A stretch of DNA of 64,000 bases from an archaeon (GCA_043806035.1 JAZDHK010000001.1:1-64000); one strand, 5' to 3'; positions 49,794 to 59,706 are shown, numbered from the stretch's first letter. A program made the numbers and translations. The notes: a model not told the origin generated them from the letters alone.

Positions 49794-50426
49794 ATGGACT
49801 TTGGCATCATCTTGCTTAAGATGGGACTCATCTTCGTCCTCGCATTCCTCTTTGGCCTGGAACGGCAGCGCAGCCACAAACCCGTTGGTTTTGGGACGTT
49901 TACCTTCGTCTCCATCGGCGCATGCGCACTTGCTATCGTTGCCGACAGCTTAGGCATAGACAGGTATGTACCGCTTCTCGCTGCCATCGTCACAGGCATA
50001 GGCTTCTTGGGAGCGGGAGCGCTGATACGCACGAACGACAAGCTCTTCGGGGCGACGACAGCAGCAGGCATTTGGCTGTTCGCCATCATCGGACTCGTGG
50101 TCGGTGTGGGAGAATATGCATTGGCTGCATTCGTCTACGTCCTGGCCTGGCTTGTCATACTCATCGACAATTGGCTCCAGACAAAAGGTGTCGGCCTCTA
50201 CCAGAAGCACGTCCGCATCATCACGAACAGAATCATCACCGAGAAAGAAATTCGCAAACACATCTATTTCGGCAGCAGGAAGCACAAGCTCGTCAGCATA
50301 GAGATAGACAAGACGAACAACAGGATGAAGCTCTCGTATGTCATCGAGGGAAACAAAGAGAACATCAACGCCATCACCAACCAGCTCTTCGAGCAGGAAT
50401 GGCTCGAATCGTACACGGTGGAATAG
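49794..50426 (+). CDS. MgtC/SapB family membrane protein
   Basis: GLERQRSHKPVGFGTF, IVTGIGFLGAG, GATTAAGIW. Confidence 0.9.
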   Translation: MDFGIILLKMGLIFVLAFLFGLERQRSHKPVGFGTFTFVSIGACALAIVADSLGIDRYVPLLAAIVTGIGFLGAGALIRTNDKLFGATTAAGIWLFAIIGLVVGVGEYALAAFVYVLAWLVILIDNWLQTKGVGLYQKHVRIITNRIITEKEIRKHIYFGSRKHKLVSIEIDKTNNRMKLSYVIEGNKENINAITNQLFEQEWLESYTVE

Positions 50427-50495
50427 GACTTTTAGTTCTGTGTGAATTAACGTTTGACCATTGTAGAAACAGGCACAACATTTGGTGTGAGCGAT

Positions 50496-51308
50496 TCACT
50501 TGAGTACAAATTTCAGGGGAATAGCTACCCAAACGCCAACCGGACTATTTTGTTGAATGGCTGGCGTAAATTTCCACTGCTGGATGGCTTCGATAGCCTC
50601 TTCCTCAAAGCCAAGACCTTGCGGTGTCGCCTTCATAATCTCCCATTTGCGCACCGCACCCTTGTTGTCCACGTAAATCTTCAGTACAACCTTGCCAGTC
50701 ACACCTGCAGTTTTTGCCATTTCAGGATAGTCTGGCAGAGGACTTACAATGGGCTGTGGCGCCACTTCATACGGAATAAAAACGTTTGAAGAAGGAATAG
50801 AATCCTCGAGTTTGCTTTCCAAATACTCTATTTTGAAGTTAGCAGCGCCACTCAAGAGACTATCCAATGTCGGTGTGGTAGCCAGAGCTAGCTCTTCTTG
50901 AGACGGGATGTTTACTATCTCTTTTTCCTGCTCGTCAGGAACGGCCACAGGTTTGGCATACGCTGGCGGCACAACCGTCGCCTGCGCAACCCTAATCGTC
51001 GGAGGAACGGTCCTATCCGTGATTGATGGAGGTTGTCCTAGATTAGCAGGGGTCAGTGGAATGACCCGTGTGGGCTGCATCAGCTTTGGAGTAAATGCCA
51101 CGTTCGCAATGTATAACGGAGTCAGAATGATAGCGATGGACATAGCCAAGCTACTCAAAAAATGACGTCCAGCATACCTCGTTAATTCATGATGGAAAGG
51201 AAGATAGTAAGCAAGAAGCTGCTTGTACGTTGCATTAGGTGACAATTCCACGCAACTCCCCTTATTGTACGTATAAGCATTTTGCATAGTAATCCTTAGT
51301 AGAGTCAT
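50496..51308 (-). CDS. TonB-like protein (TM + Pro-rich linker + TonB_C)
   Basis: PDYPEMAKTAGVTGKVVLKIYVDNKGAV, AIEAIQQWKFTPA, IPLKF; start uncertain. Confidence 0.85.
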   Translation of the reverse strand: MTLLRITMQNAYTYNKGSCVELSPNATYKQLLAYYLPFHHELTRYAGRHFLSSLAMSIAIILTPLYIANVAFTPKLMQPTRVIPLTPANLGQPPSITDRTVPPTIRVAQATVVPPAYAKPVAVPDEQEKEIVNIPSQEELALATTPTLDSLLSGAANFKIEYLESKLEDSIPSSNVFIPYEVAPQPIVSPLPDYPEMAKTAGVTGKVVLKIYVDNKGAVRKWEIMKATPQGLGFEEEAIEAIQQWKFTPAIQQNSPVGVWVAIPLKFVLK

Positions 51309-51400
51309 TAATCAATAAATATTTTTCTCTTTTTAGTTACCTTAACAACTGTGTCTTGAATAGGAAAAACTATAAATACTCTGCTCTGTTCTTCTCCCGT

Positions 51401-51640
51401 ATGAATGAGTGGCTAGGCATATGGGAAGTCATCCCTCACTATTATCCTCGTGGAGAAGGGCCGCAGAACGCATTGCGAAAACACTTGGGAAACGTTGATG
51501 TGGTGTATTCGTTTAAGCAAGCCGAGCGGGCAAGTCCGCAAGAATTGTTCGGTCGCATACCTGCCTATGTCAGGCACAATGAAGACGTGCTCAGCCAAAT
51601 ACGTACAGCAGCACAATCCCTACAACTATACAAAGAATAG
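51401..51640 (+). CDS. Hypothetical small protein
   Basis: ATG after TATA-like TATAAAT; overlaps the convergent gene. Confidence 0.4.
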   Translation: MNEWLGIWEVIPHYYPRGEGPQNALRKHLGNVDVVYSFKQAERASPQELFGRIPAYVRHNEDVLSQIRTAAQSLQLYKE

Positions 51641-52460
51641 GGATGAGTTTCTTGAGCATGTCCTTGTCCTTGGCGATGTTCCAGGACGCATCGACCAGCT
51701 TCTCAAAGAAGAGCACGGCAAGCACTTGCAATGTCTGCAAGGAAGCGACAATGCCTGCAGGCAGCCCCGCCATGGCAAGAAAAAGAGTCAGCATGGCCAG
51801 CAACGTGATGAATTCTATGAGAAATGCAAAGGGCAGCAGCTTGAGCTCTTGGAAAAATCCTCTCCTGTACTTCGGCAGGAACAGGATGGCCACGATAGTC
51901 AGTCCCATGAACAGCTGGCTCCACGCGAACGACTGCATCAGCGGAAGCGTCGTCGCCTGCACTTTGATAATGAATTCAGTTATGGCAATCATGACGATGA
52001 GCCCGATGAGCAGCCACCAATTCACCTGCCACTTCATCTTCTGGGCACGCAATGACAGGGTAAGAACGCCGACAATAGTGAGCAAGCCGCCGATGTAGCC
52101 GAACAAGGAAAGGCGTTCGTTCAGGAAGAAGAAGGAAAGCAAAGCAACCAGCACAGGATACACGTAGATGAGTCCCACAAAATTAGAGACATCCTCTGTG
52201 CTGAGGATATGAAAGTACATGAACGTCTGCAAGCCCATGAACAGTCCCGAGATGAAGGGGAAGAGCAGATTGCTCAGCTTGAACTGCGACCAGTCAAGAA
52301 ATGCCCCCACAAGCAAGGCATACACGATAGTCACTATGCCTGCGACGGCAGCATAGCTCAATGCAGCCTTGACTTTCTTCGCCAGGATGTACTTGTCGAG
52401 AATGTTGTATGTTGCAAAGAAGAACGGGCTGAGAATGGCGAAAATCCACGGGGAAATCAT
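51591..52460 (-). CDS. EamA/DMT transporter
   Basis: About 10 TM; YPVLVALLSFFFLNERL. Confidence 0.85.
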   Translation of the reverse strand: MISPWIFAILSPFFFATYNILDKYILAKKVKAALSYAAVAGIVTIVYALLVGAFLDWSQFKLSNLLFPFISGLFMGLQTFMYFHILSTEDVSNFVGLIYVYPVLVALLSFFFLNERLSLFGYIGGLLTIVGVLTLSLRAQKMKWQVNWWLLIGLIVMIAITEFIIKVQATTLPLMQSFAWSQLFMGLTIVAILFLPKYRRGFFQELKLLPFAFLIEFITLLAMLTLFLAMAGLPAGIVASLQTLQVLAVLFFEKLVDASWNIAKDKDMLKKLIPILCIVVGIVLLYVFG

Positions 52461-52531
52461 GCGCTTAGCGCAATGTTCGCATTGATAAATGTTTGGAAAA
52501 AGTATTTAAACAAAGGACGGTTGCGTGCAGC

Positions 52532-52762
52532 ATGGCTGCTCTGCTGTGGTTGTTCGGCACGCTATTGCTTTTGCTCATCGCCATAGCCGTCTTCGCATTC
52601 GTCTTCTGGATACTCATGATCGTGGATGTTGCCCAGCGTACGTTCAAAGACGACGGCGAGAAAGTCGCCTGGGTGCTCATCGTCATCCTGCTCGGCATCA
52701 TCGGAGCCATCATCTACTACTTCATCGTCAAAATACGTAAACCAAAGCAAAGAAAAAAATGA
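52532..52762 (+). CDS. PLDc N-terminal domain small membrane protein
   Basis: FWILMIVD, KVAWVLIVILLGIIGAIIYYF. Confidence 0.8.
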   Translation: MAALLWLFGTLLLLLIAIAVFAFVFWILMIVDVAQRTFKDDGEKVAWVLIVILLGIIGAIIYYFIVKIRKPKQRKK

Positions 52763-53538
52763 CCTCGCCGCTCTTCATTACGAACATGCATCACGAGCAG
52801 CTGGCTGCAGTGCTAGAAGGAGAACAGCTGCCAAAAAAAGCATTGGTCATCATCTGCCACGGCTTCGGAGCACACAAGAACCTTCCCTGGAAGCAGGCGC
52901 TTTCGGCAACACTCCTACAACGAAAACTGCCATCTCTTCGCTTCGACTTCAGCGGCTGTGGTGAAAGCCAAGGACTCTTCGAAGAGTCAACCTATACAAA
53001 ACAGCTTTCTGATTTGTTCAGTGTCATCAACTGGTCATTCGAGCACGGCTATCACCAACTGTACCTTGCCGGGCACAGCAGAGCAGGTAGCGTCGTGCTC
53101 AGGGCGGCAAGCGAACGCCACGGCATATGCGGCGTCATTGACATTGCAGGCGTTGCGTATGTCGAGCAGTTCGACAGGCGTCTTACTGCTGCACAGGCGC
53201 GTGAGCTGCAGCTGACGGGCAAGACTGCCATTCCTTTGCCGATACGGCTGGACGGCAAACTGTTCACCCTCACAAAGGAATTCATCGATGACACAAAGAC
53301 CTGGCATCTCTTCCAAACAGTAAAACATATAAAATGTCCCCTGCTCATCATTCACGGGGAGAAGGACCAGAGCGTTCCTCTGCAGGACAGCAAAGACCTG
53401 TACTGGGAGGCCATGTGCGAAAAAGTCATGGATGTCCTGCCTGGCTGCGACCATTACTTCAGGAGCGAGCAAGAGCAGCAGCTCCTGGCAATCACGATAA
53501 CTCGATGGGTGATGAAACATGAGAACGCTACTTTTTGA
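52759..53538 (+). CDS. Alpha/beta hydrolase
   Basis: CHGF, RFDFSGCGES, GHSRAG, IHGEKDQSVP, DHYF. Confidence 0.9.
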   Translation: MTSPLFITNMHHEQLAAVLEGEQLPKKALVIICHGFGAHKNLPWKQALSATLLQRKLPSLRFDFSGCGESQGLFEESTYTKQLSDLFSVINWSFEHGYHQLYLAGHSRAGSVVLRAASERHGICGVIDIAGVAYVEQFDRRLTAAQARELQLTGKTAIPLPIRLDGKLFTLTKEFIDDTKTWHLFQTVKHIKCPLLIIHGEKDQSVPLQDSKDLYWEAMCEKVMDVLPGCDHYFRSEQEQQLLAITITRWVMKHENATF

Positions 53539-54169
53539 CCTACACGGCACACTGATAGAGAACGGCGTCTATCCTAGTCCTTTGAAGCAAGTCCGGTATT
53601 TTCTGCGGCTGCACATGCAGTATTCTGACTTCGTGAAAAAATTCGAAGATGTCATGATGCGACAGGCCTTTCCAACGCTCAAGGACGCATTCCTGGAAGT
53701 GGCCAAGGCATTCGACATGGAACTCTCCGAATTCCAGTTCGAGAAGCTCATCGGCATGTGGAACAAGAACAAACTCCTGGCACGGCCATTCCCCGAGACC
53801 ATACAAGCGCTCAAGGAATTACGCAGCAGAGGCTACAAGCTCGTCATTTTGAGCAACTGCGACTGCTTCACGAAGGAAATCGTCGAAAAATACCAGCTCG
53901 AAAAATACGTGGATGGCATCTTCCTCTCCTGCGACACGGGCATGCTCAAGCACGAGCCTGCATTCTTTGAACACGTGCTCAACCAGGTCAAAGCAAAGAA
54001 AGAAGATGCGGTCATGGTAGGTGACAGCATCGAGAGCGACATGCGCAGCGCCGAACTCGCAGGCATACAAGGCATCCTCATTGACAGGAAAGACAGCAGG
54101 AAGTACACGCCATCCATCCGTAGCCTCCACGAGCTCGAGGAGAAACTGATGGGGCTGAACAGTGAGTGA
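53519..54169 (+). CDS. HAD-family hydrolase
   Basis: FDLHGTL, LSN, MVGDSIESD. Confidence 0.88.
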   Translation: MRTLLFDLHGTLIENGVYPSPLKQVRYFLRLHMQYSDFVKKFEDVMMRQAFPTLKDAFLEVAKAFDMELSEFQFEKLIGMWNKNKLLARPFPETIQALKELRSRGYKLVILSNCDCFTKEIVEKYQLEKYVDGIFLSCDTGMLKHEPAFFEHVLNQVKAKKEDAVMVGDSIESDMRSAELAGIQGILIDRKDSRKYTPSIRSLHELEEKLMGLNSE

Positions 54170-54572
54170 CTGCATCTTCTGCAAGATAGTCCAGGGAGAG
54201 ATTCCTTGTGAGAAAGTCTATGAGGACAGGAATGTCCTCGCGTTCATGGACATCAAGCCCATCAACAAAGGGCACGTGCTCATCGTCCACAAGCACCACA
54301 AGCGCGATCTTGCTGATTTGAGCGATGAAGAACTTTCTGCAGTCATGCGTAGCGTCAGAATGGTTGCTGTTGCCGTCAAAAAAGCGACGAAGGCGGATGG
54401 CTTCAACATCGGTATGAACAACGGATCTGCGGCAGGGCAGGTCGTCTTCCACGCTCACGTCCACGTCATTCCCCGATTCGCGAACGATGGACTGCAGTCC
54501 TGGCCGGAGAAGGAATGCGCGCAAGACGAGATTGCCAGCATCGCAAAAAACATACGCGCGGCGCTCAAATAA
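54162..54572 (+). CDS. HIT family hydrolase
   Basis: CIFCKIV, GHVLIV, AGQVVFHAHVHVIPR. Confidence 0.93.
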   Translation: MSDCIFCKIVQGEIPCEKVYEDRNVLAFMDIKPINKGHVLIVHKHHKRDLADLSDEELSAVMRSVRMVAVAVKKATKADGFNIGMNNGSAAGQVVFHAHVHVIPRFANDGLQSWPEKECAQDEIASIAKNIRAALK

Positions 54573-54627
54573 CTCGTTTTGTTTCTGCACAACATTTAAA
54601 TAAGGAACATAGCTTCTGGAGCACCAT

Positions 54628-54733
54628 GCGGGTGTAGCTTAACCTGGTTATAGCGCCAGACTCATAGCAGCACTGCGACAACGCATGATGTCGTGAGATC
54701 TGGAGGTCGCGAGTTCAAATCTCGCCACCCGCA
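54628..54733 (+). tRNA. tRNA(CAT), probably elongator Met, with 31-nt intron (54667-54697)
   Basis: Acceptor GCGGGTG/CACCCGC, anticodon stem CCAGA/TCTGG, T arm GCGAG-TTCAAAT-CTCGC; Ile2 not excluded. Confidence 0.88.
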
Positions 54734-54770
54734 TCAAAATATTTTTATAGATTCTCCGTTTTATTATCTG

Positions 54771-55133
54771 ATACCTTCAGGAAAAATACATCGGGTTATA
54801 AGTTTGAAAAGAACAGATAATGATTATGCTGAATTACATAGGTGGATAGACAATAACCAGGACACACAAGGGGTGGACCACAGGAGTAAAAACCACTATT
54901 ACAGTGAAGAACTCCGCCAATTTGTTTCTGACCATTTTGGAGGTCCTGAAGCGGTTAGTGAATGGCTCTTTCACATAGCACTAGACAATCTCGATACCTC
55001 AGTAATTAATGACTGGAACAATGAAGTTTCGGATAGTAATATTTACACATTTGGCTTTTCTCGAAACGGATATATTTATTATGACGAAGATGAGTTGGAC
55101 GAGGAAGAGATGGAAGAAAAATTTTCAGACTGA
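54771..55133 (+). CDS. AT-rich hypothetical protein next to the tRNA; start codon unclear
   Basis: Open frame PSGKIHR...ELHRWID...EWLFHIALD; no ATG where a start is expected (ATA at 54771). Confidence 0.5.
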   Translation: MPSGKIHRVISLKRTDNDYAELHRWIDNNQDTQGVDHRSKNHYYSEELRQFVSDHFGGPEAVSEWLFHIALDNLDTSVINDWNNEVSDSNIYTFGFSRNGYIYYDEDELDEEEMEEKFSD

Positions 55134-55393
55134 TTTATTGTCTTCAGATACTCCTTTTTCTCTTTCGGATGGTTCTTGAACAGGTAGTCTTCCAGTGTCG
55201 GGTAGAATGCCTGGACGCGCTTCAGGTCGTGGTTGATGAACTGCCTGTAGGTCATGACGTTTCCTTCAACGTCAAGAATGGCGTCTTCGGGCAGGGTGAG
55301 CATCCTGACGAGATCAGCAAGGCTATCCGTCACGAAGACAATGTTACCGAACTCGTCGAACTTGAACCTGCCCAAGGAATCTCCCTCATACAT
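55079..55393 (-). CDS. Hypothetical protein
   Basis: Host-like codons; 3' end runs into the convergent AT-rich gene. Confidence 0.6.
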   Translation of the reverse strand: MYEGDSLGRFKFDEFGNIVFVTDSLADLVRMLTLPEDAILDVEGNVMTYRQFINHDLKRVQAFYPTLEDYLFKNHPKEKKEYLKTINQSENFSSISSSSNSSSS

Positions 55394-55638
55394 GATCCAA
55401 CTGCTCATGCACGTACACACGTTTGGCACTATATATTGCTAAGTATATAGCGAATGAGTACATTGAGGATGCTGCTCTAACGGTCCGCGCTCCGTAACGA
55501 ATGGTGAGCGGCTGCCCGTCTCGAGGGCAATCGCAACAGCTGTGCACCCTGAGAACTCCGCTAGGCGGACTTTCTCAACGATGCCATGCGCAAACTATTT
55601 AAACACAGAAAACAGCAATACTGGCGTTGGGTGGTTGT

Positions 55639-55761
55639 ATGGAATGTCCTATCTGCGGCAGCAATGATGTCGTCGAAGAAACGATCTACGATGATGAAGA
55701 GACGCTCGAAGGGGCGAACTACAAATTCATCTGCAATGATTGCTCGTACGAATGGGAATGA
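55639..55761 (+). CDS. Small zinc-ribbon protein (40 aa)
   Basis: MECPICGSNDVVEETIYDDEETLEGANYKFICNDCSYEWE; two CxxC; not in ORF track. Confidence 0.75.
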   Translation: MECPICGSNDVVEETIYDDEETLEGANYKFICNDCSYEWE

Positions 55762-55964
55762 CGCATAACTGATTTTCTCGACGGAAAATCACCGATATTT
55801 TTTTCTTGCATCATTATTTTTTTTAAAAGCGTAAGATATTTAAATAACAAAATCCAGAAATGAAATACAAAAATTGTTTATGACGAGGCGTGTTTCCTGA
55901 TGACGACAATGTGCGCAAAAAATTCTTCTAAACCCGCCTTGCTCTTGTGGAGGAGTGCGTAGAA

Positions 55965-56978
55965 ATGAAAGTTGCTATACTGAGTAATTTATTTCCCGAC
56001 GACAACGAATACAAGGAAGTGGAAGACGATCTCATGGAGTTCGGCAGGAACGTACAGAAAGCACTGGTCAAGTGCGGGCACGAAGTCGTTTTCTTCGATG
56101 TGAACGAGACGACGTTTGAGAAACTTAGGACGGCAGACATTGATATAGCCTTCAACGTCTGTGAGCGATTCAACGGCAATTCTCTTTTCGAGCCGCACGT
56201 CGCCGCAATGCTCGAACTGCTCAACATCCCGTACACGGGATCAGGACCGTTGACATTAGCGACCTGCATCAACAAAGTCAGGGTGAAGGAAATCCTCATG
56301 CATCACGGCATACCGACGCCGCGCTACCAGGTCTTTTATTCCAAGAACAGGAAGCTCAATCCAGAGCTGAACTTTCCTCTCATCGTCAAGCCTGCGCAGA
56401 TGGACAACAGTATCGGCATCAGGAATGACAGTGTCGTGTATACGGAAGACGATTTGCGCAGGAAAGTGGCGTACATCCTAAGGACGTACGACCAGCCAGC
56501 GCTCGTCGAGGAATTCATCGACGGCAGGGAAATCACCGTCGGCATTCTGGGGACGGACAAGACGACCGTGCTGCCCATCGTGGAGACGTGCTTTGACGAC
56601 TTCCCTGAAGGCATGAACAAAATTTTGGGATATGACGCCAAGTGGTACATCAAATGCCCGTACACCTTCCCCGAATCCTTGCCTAAATATCTCGAGGCTC
56701 GCATCAAGAAGATAGCGCTTGACGTGTATGACATACTCGGTGTACGAGATTATGGCAGAGTTGATTTCAGGGTTGGTCCTGATAACGTTCCCTATGTTCT
56801 TGAAATGAATCCTAACCCGGGTATCAGCTTTGAGTGCTTCCTGCCCATCGCTGCGAGAAAGCACGGCATTCAATACCATGAACTCATCAACATGGTTTTG
56901 GTGTTGGCGCTCGAGCGACAGGAGAATAAGATTAAAGTGTTGCCGACACCCAAGCAGGAACGTGTTGAAGTGCAATAA
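55965..56978 (+). CDS. D-Ala-D-Ala ligase-like ATP-grasp protein
   Basis: IPYTGSG, PLIVKP, ALVEEFIDGREITVG, YGRVDFR, LEMNPNPG. Confidence 0.88.
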   Translation: MKVAILSNLFPDDNEYKEVEDDLMEFGRNVQKALVKCGHEVVFFDVNETTFEKLRTADIDIAFNVCERFNGNSLFEPHVAAMLELLNIPYTGSGPLTLATCINKVRVKEILMHHGIPTPRYQVFYSKNRKLNPELNFPLIVKPAQMDNSIGIRNDSVVYTEDDLRRKVAYILRTYDQPALVEEFIDGREITVGILGTDKTTVLPIVETCFDDFPEGMNKILGYDAKWYIKCPYTFPESLPKYLEARIKKIALDVYDILGVRDYGRVDFRVGPDNVPYVLEMNPNPGISFECFLPIAARKHGIQYHELINMVLVLALERQENKIKVLPTPKQERVEVQ

Positions 56979-56980
56979 CA

Positions 56981-57883
56981 ATGGAATTCGTTGAGGAGCC
57001 TAACCTCAAGTCAATTCTCTTGAGGGCGATTGGTAGGTGGGGTTTTGCCGCGGAGCATAACTACCACTATTTTACGTACACGAATGAGGAGAAAGACTCA
57101 AAAAATTTCTTCTGGCACAACGGTGATGATAAGGGCATCATGGGCAGGGTTAGAAAGGGAAGATATGAAGTGCTCTTCCCTCCTCTCGCGCCGCCTGCAG
57201 AGCATCTTTCGCTGTGGCTGCAGTTCCTCACATTTATCTTCGACAACGGAGCGATAGCCGCAGAAATTGAGCTCTCTCCTGATATGAAGCAAGAACTCAT
57301 AGCAAAACTCCCTTCTGTATTCAAGGCGAGCAAGCCAAAATGGTATTTCAGCTATCCTGTCTTTGACATGACGACCTGGGATGGAGACACGCTTGAGGGA
57401 GGCAAGTGGAAGGACGTCCGCTACTACTGGAACAAGTTCAACCGAGAGCACAAGCTAGAATTTGTTGACGCAAAGACCTTTTCCAAGGAAGACTTGTACA
57501 AGATCGTTGAGCACTGGAAGCAGGAGAAGAAGAAAAGGCACCAGGAACGTATATGGCACGGCTACTTCTATAACGTCATCAACGCAAACTTTGCAGGATA
57601 TGACCTTGCACGAGTAACCTTGGTCGATGGAAAGCCAGAAGCGCTCATCGCAGGCTTCAACATACCAAATAGCAAAGGCTACTATTCGAGCATAGGCATC
57701 TTCAACGGTAGCATAGACAGGCTGAGCATGGTCTGCAACCTTGACGAGCTGCGGCTGCTCAAAAAACTAGGCTATACATCGGTCGATTTTGGGGGGAGTG
57801 ACAAGAAACTCATGGAATTCAAGATGAAATTCAAGCCTGCAAAGATTTATAAGACACATGTATTTCTCATCAAAAAAACATGA
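56981..57883 (+). CDS. DUF2156/MprF C-terminal-like GNAT-fold protein
   Basis: LEGGKWKDVR..NKF, VDFGG, LMEFKMKFKP. Confidence 0.65.
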   Translation: MEFVEEPNLKSILLRAIGRWGFAAEHNYHYFTYTNEEKDSKNFFWHNGDDKGIMGRVRKGRYEVLFPPLAPPAEHLSLWLQFLTFIFDNGAIAAEIELSPDMKQELIAKLPSVFKASKPKWYFSYPVFDMTTWDGDTLEGGKWKDVRYYWNKFNREHKLEFVDAKTFSKEDLYKIVEHWKQEKKKRHQERIWHGYFYNVINANFAGYDLARVTLVDGKPEALIAGFNIPNSKGYYSSIGIFNGSIDRLSMVCNLDELRLLKKLGYTSVDFGGSDKKLMEFKMKFKPAKIYKTHVFLIKKT

Positions 57884-58761
57884 ATACCAAGGTGCTCACT
57901 TCCGAGGTTGACTGCAGAAAATACTGGGAGCTCTTCTCGCCCCACGAGACGCTGTATGACGAATGGGATTTCAGGATGTGCTTTGCCAAGCAACTCGCAA
58001 GCAACTTACATTTTATCCTCCTTCTTCAGGGAAAAGAACAGGTAGGTTTGATTCCTCTCGTCGAGGAAGACGGAAAGTACATGCTCTTTGGAGGAGACTA
58101 TCCTGACCAGAACAGGATATTCCTGAAGGATAAGAGCCTGCTCAAGCAAGCGATAGCTGCCTGCCCGAGTCCTGCAAAGATACGCTACCTGCGTCAAGAC
58201 CAACAAGTCGATGATGTGCTGCTGCCAGAGACGAACGAGTACACGTACCGCTACTATCTTGACCTCACCAAGCACAACAGCCTTGAATCATTCATGTCCA
58301 CTATGTCCAAGAAACACAGGAAAAACCTCAAATCTGACTTGAAAGACGTTGCACTGCTTAATCCCGCAGTCTCGACTGACCAATTCGACTTCAAGAAGTT
58401 CGTCTTCCTGCAAGTGAAGAATTTTGGCGACGAAAGCTACTTTTCCGATGAGAACATGGTCAAAGGATTCGAGGAACTTATGAACTGGGCAAAACAGCAA
58501 GGCAAGCTCCGTACCATATCCATACTCGTCAATGGTGTCATCGAAAGCATGAGCGTCAGCATCTTCCACAAGGGCATCTGGACATTCCTCAACAGTGCGA
58601 CAAACAAGAGCATACCTAATCTGGGAAAATTCCTCATTGCAACCACGCTCAAGGCGGCCATGACGGAACACTGCACCGAGTTTGATGCCATGTCCTATGA
58701 CTTAGGCTGGAAACAGCTCTGGAATCTGGAGAAGCAGCCATTGTTCTATTTCGAGAAGTAG
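57880..58761 (+). CDS. GNAT/FemAB-like transferase
   Basis: VGLIPL, MSKKHRKNLK, NLGKFLI, FDAM..GWKQLW. Confidence 0.75.
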   Translation: MNTKVLTSEVDCRKYWELFSPHETLYDEWDFRMCFAKQLASNLHFILLLQGKEQVGLIPLVEEDGKYMLFGGDYPDQNRIFLKDKSLLKQAIAACPSPAKIRYLRQDQQVDDVLLPETNEYTYRYYLDLTKHNSLESFMSTMSKKHRKNLKSDLKDVALLNPAVSTDQFDFKKFVFLQVKNFGDESYFSDENMVKGFEELMNWAKQQGKLRTISILVNGVIESMSVSIFHKGIWTFLNSATNKSIPNLGKFLIATTLKAAMTEHCTEFDAMSYDLGWKQLWNLEKQPLFYFEK

Positions 58762-58800
58762 CAGCATAACCTTTTTTAACAGACACACGCTTCAGAGTTT

Positions 58801-59706
58801 GTGGTCGAACGTATTCTGCTAGTAGAGCCTCGCGGATTCTGCGCAGGCGTGGATCGTGCCATAACGATAGTTGAGCATGCCCTGCACAAGTACGGCAAAG
58901 TCTACGTTAGGCATCACATCGTTCACAATGAGCACGTCGTCCAGAATTTAGAAAAAAAAGGGGCTGTTTTTGTCGAGGAATTGCAGTACATTCCTGATGG
59001 GAGCGTGGTGATTTTCAGTGCGCATGGTATCGCTCCACAGGTCGAAGAGGAAGCACAGCAGAGAAACTTGCACGTCATCGATGCCACGTGTCCTCTCGTC
59101 AAAAAGGTGCATGTCGAAGCGAGACGCTACCACCAGCAAGGCATGGACCTTGTCCTGATAGGCCATAAAGGACATCCGGAAGTGCTGGGAACGATGGGCT
59201 ATGCACCCATGCACCTTGTCGAGAACAGTGCGGACGTGGAAGCGCTGCCTTTGCTGAACAGGCCATGCTATCTCACCCAGACCACGCTGTCAGTGGATGA
59301 GACGAACGACATCGTCCTCGCATTGCGCAAAAAATATCCTGTACTGACGACCGTGCCGTTGAGCGACATCTGCTATGCTACGCAGAACCGGCAACAAGCG
59401 GTAAAAGAGCTTGCCAAGCAGGCAGAGCTTATCATTGTCGTTGGCTCCCCGCAAAGCTCGAACACAAAACGCTTGGCAGAAGCGGCAGAACGGGCAGGCA
59501 GCAAAGCGGTCCGTATCTTTGACAGGACAACATTACGCAAGGAATTTCTGAACAGTCGTGTCATCGGCATAACATCGGGAGCGAGCACGCCTGAATCTGA
59601 CGTTATCGGTGTTGTTGAGCACATACGCTCGTGGTATCCGCAGGCACGCACAGAACGAGTAATACGCGCAGAAGAGCATCTGCAATTCAGCCTTCCTCCT
59701 CTTTAG
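58801..59706 (+). CDS. ispH: 4-hydroxy-3-methylbut-2-enyl diphosphate reductase
   Basis: PRGFCAGVDRA, IVHN, SAHG, DATCPLV, HPEV, QTT, ICYATQNRQ, SSN, GASTP. Confidence 0.96.
   Translation: MVERILLVEPRGFCAGVDRAITIVEHALHKYGKVYVRHHIVHNEHVVQNLEKKGAVFVEELQYIPDGSVVIFSAHGIAPQVEEEAQQRNLHVIDATCPLVKKVHVEARRYHQQGMDLVLIGHKGHPEVLGTMGYAPMHLVENSADVEALPLLNRPCYLTQTTLSVDETNDIVLALRKKYPVLTTVPLSDICYATQNRQQAVKELAKQAELIIVVGSPQSSNTKRLAEAAERAGSKAVRIFDRTTLRKEFLNSRVIGITSGASTPESDVIGVVEHIRSWYPQARTERVIRAEEHLQFSLPPL

Noticed and set aside
54693-54770. Track start of the 146-aa ORF
   Set aside because: Lies inside the tRNA(CAT) gene
55460-55582. RNase P or SRP RNA
   Set aside because: A GAGAAAGTCC-like stretch is present, but there is no matching 3' P4 strand or SRP helix-8 motif and the segment is too short
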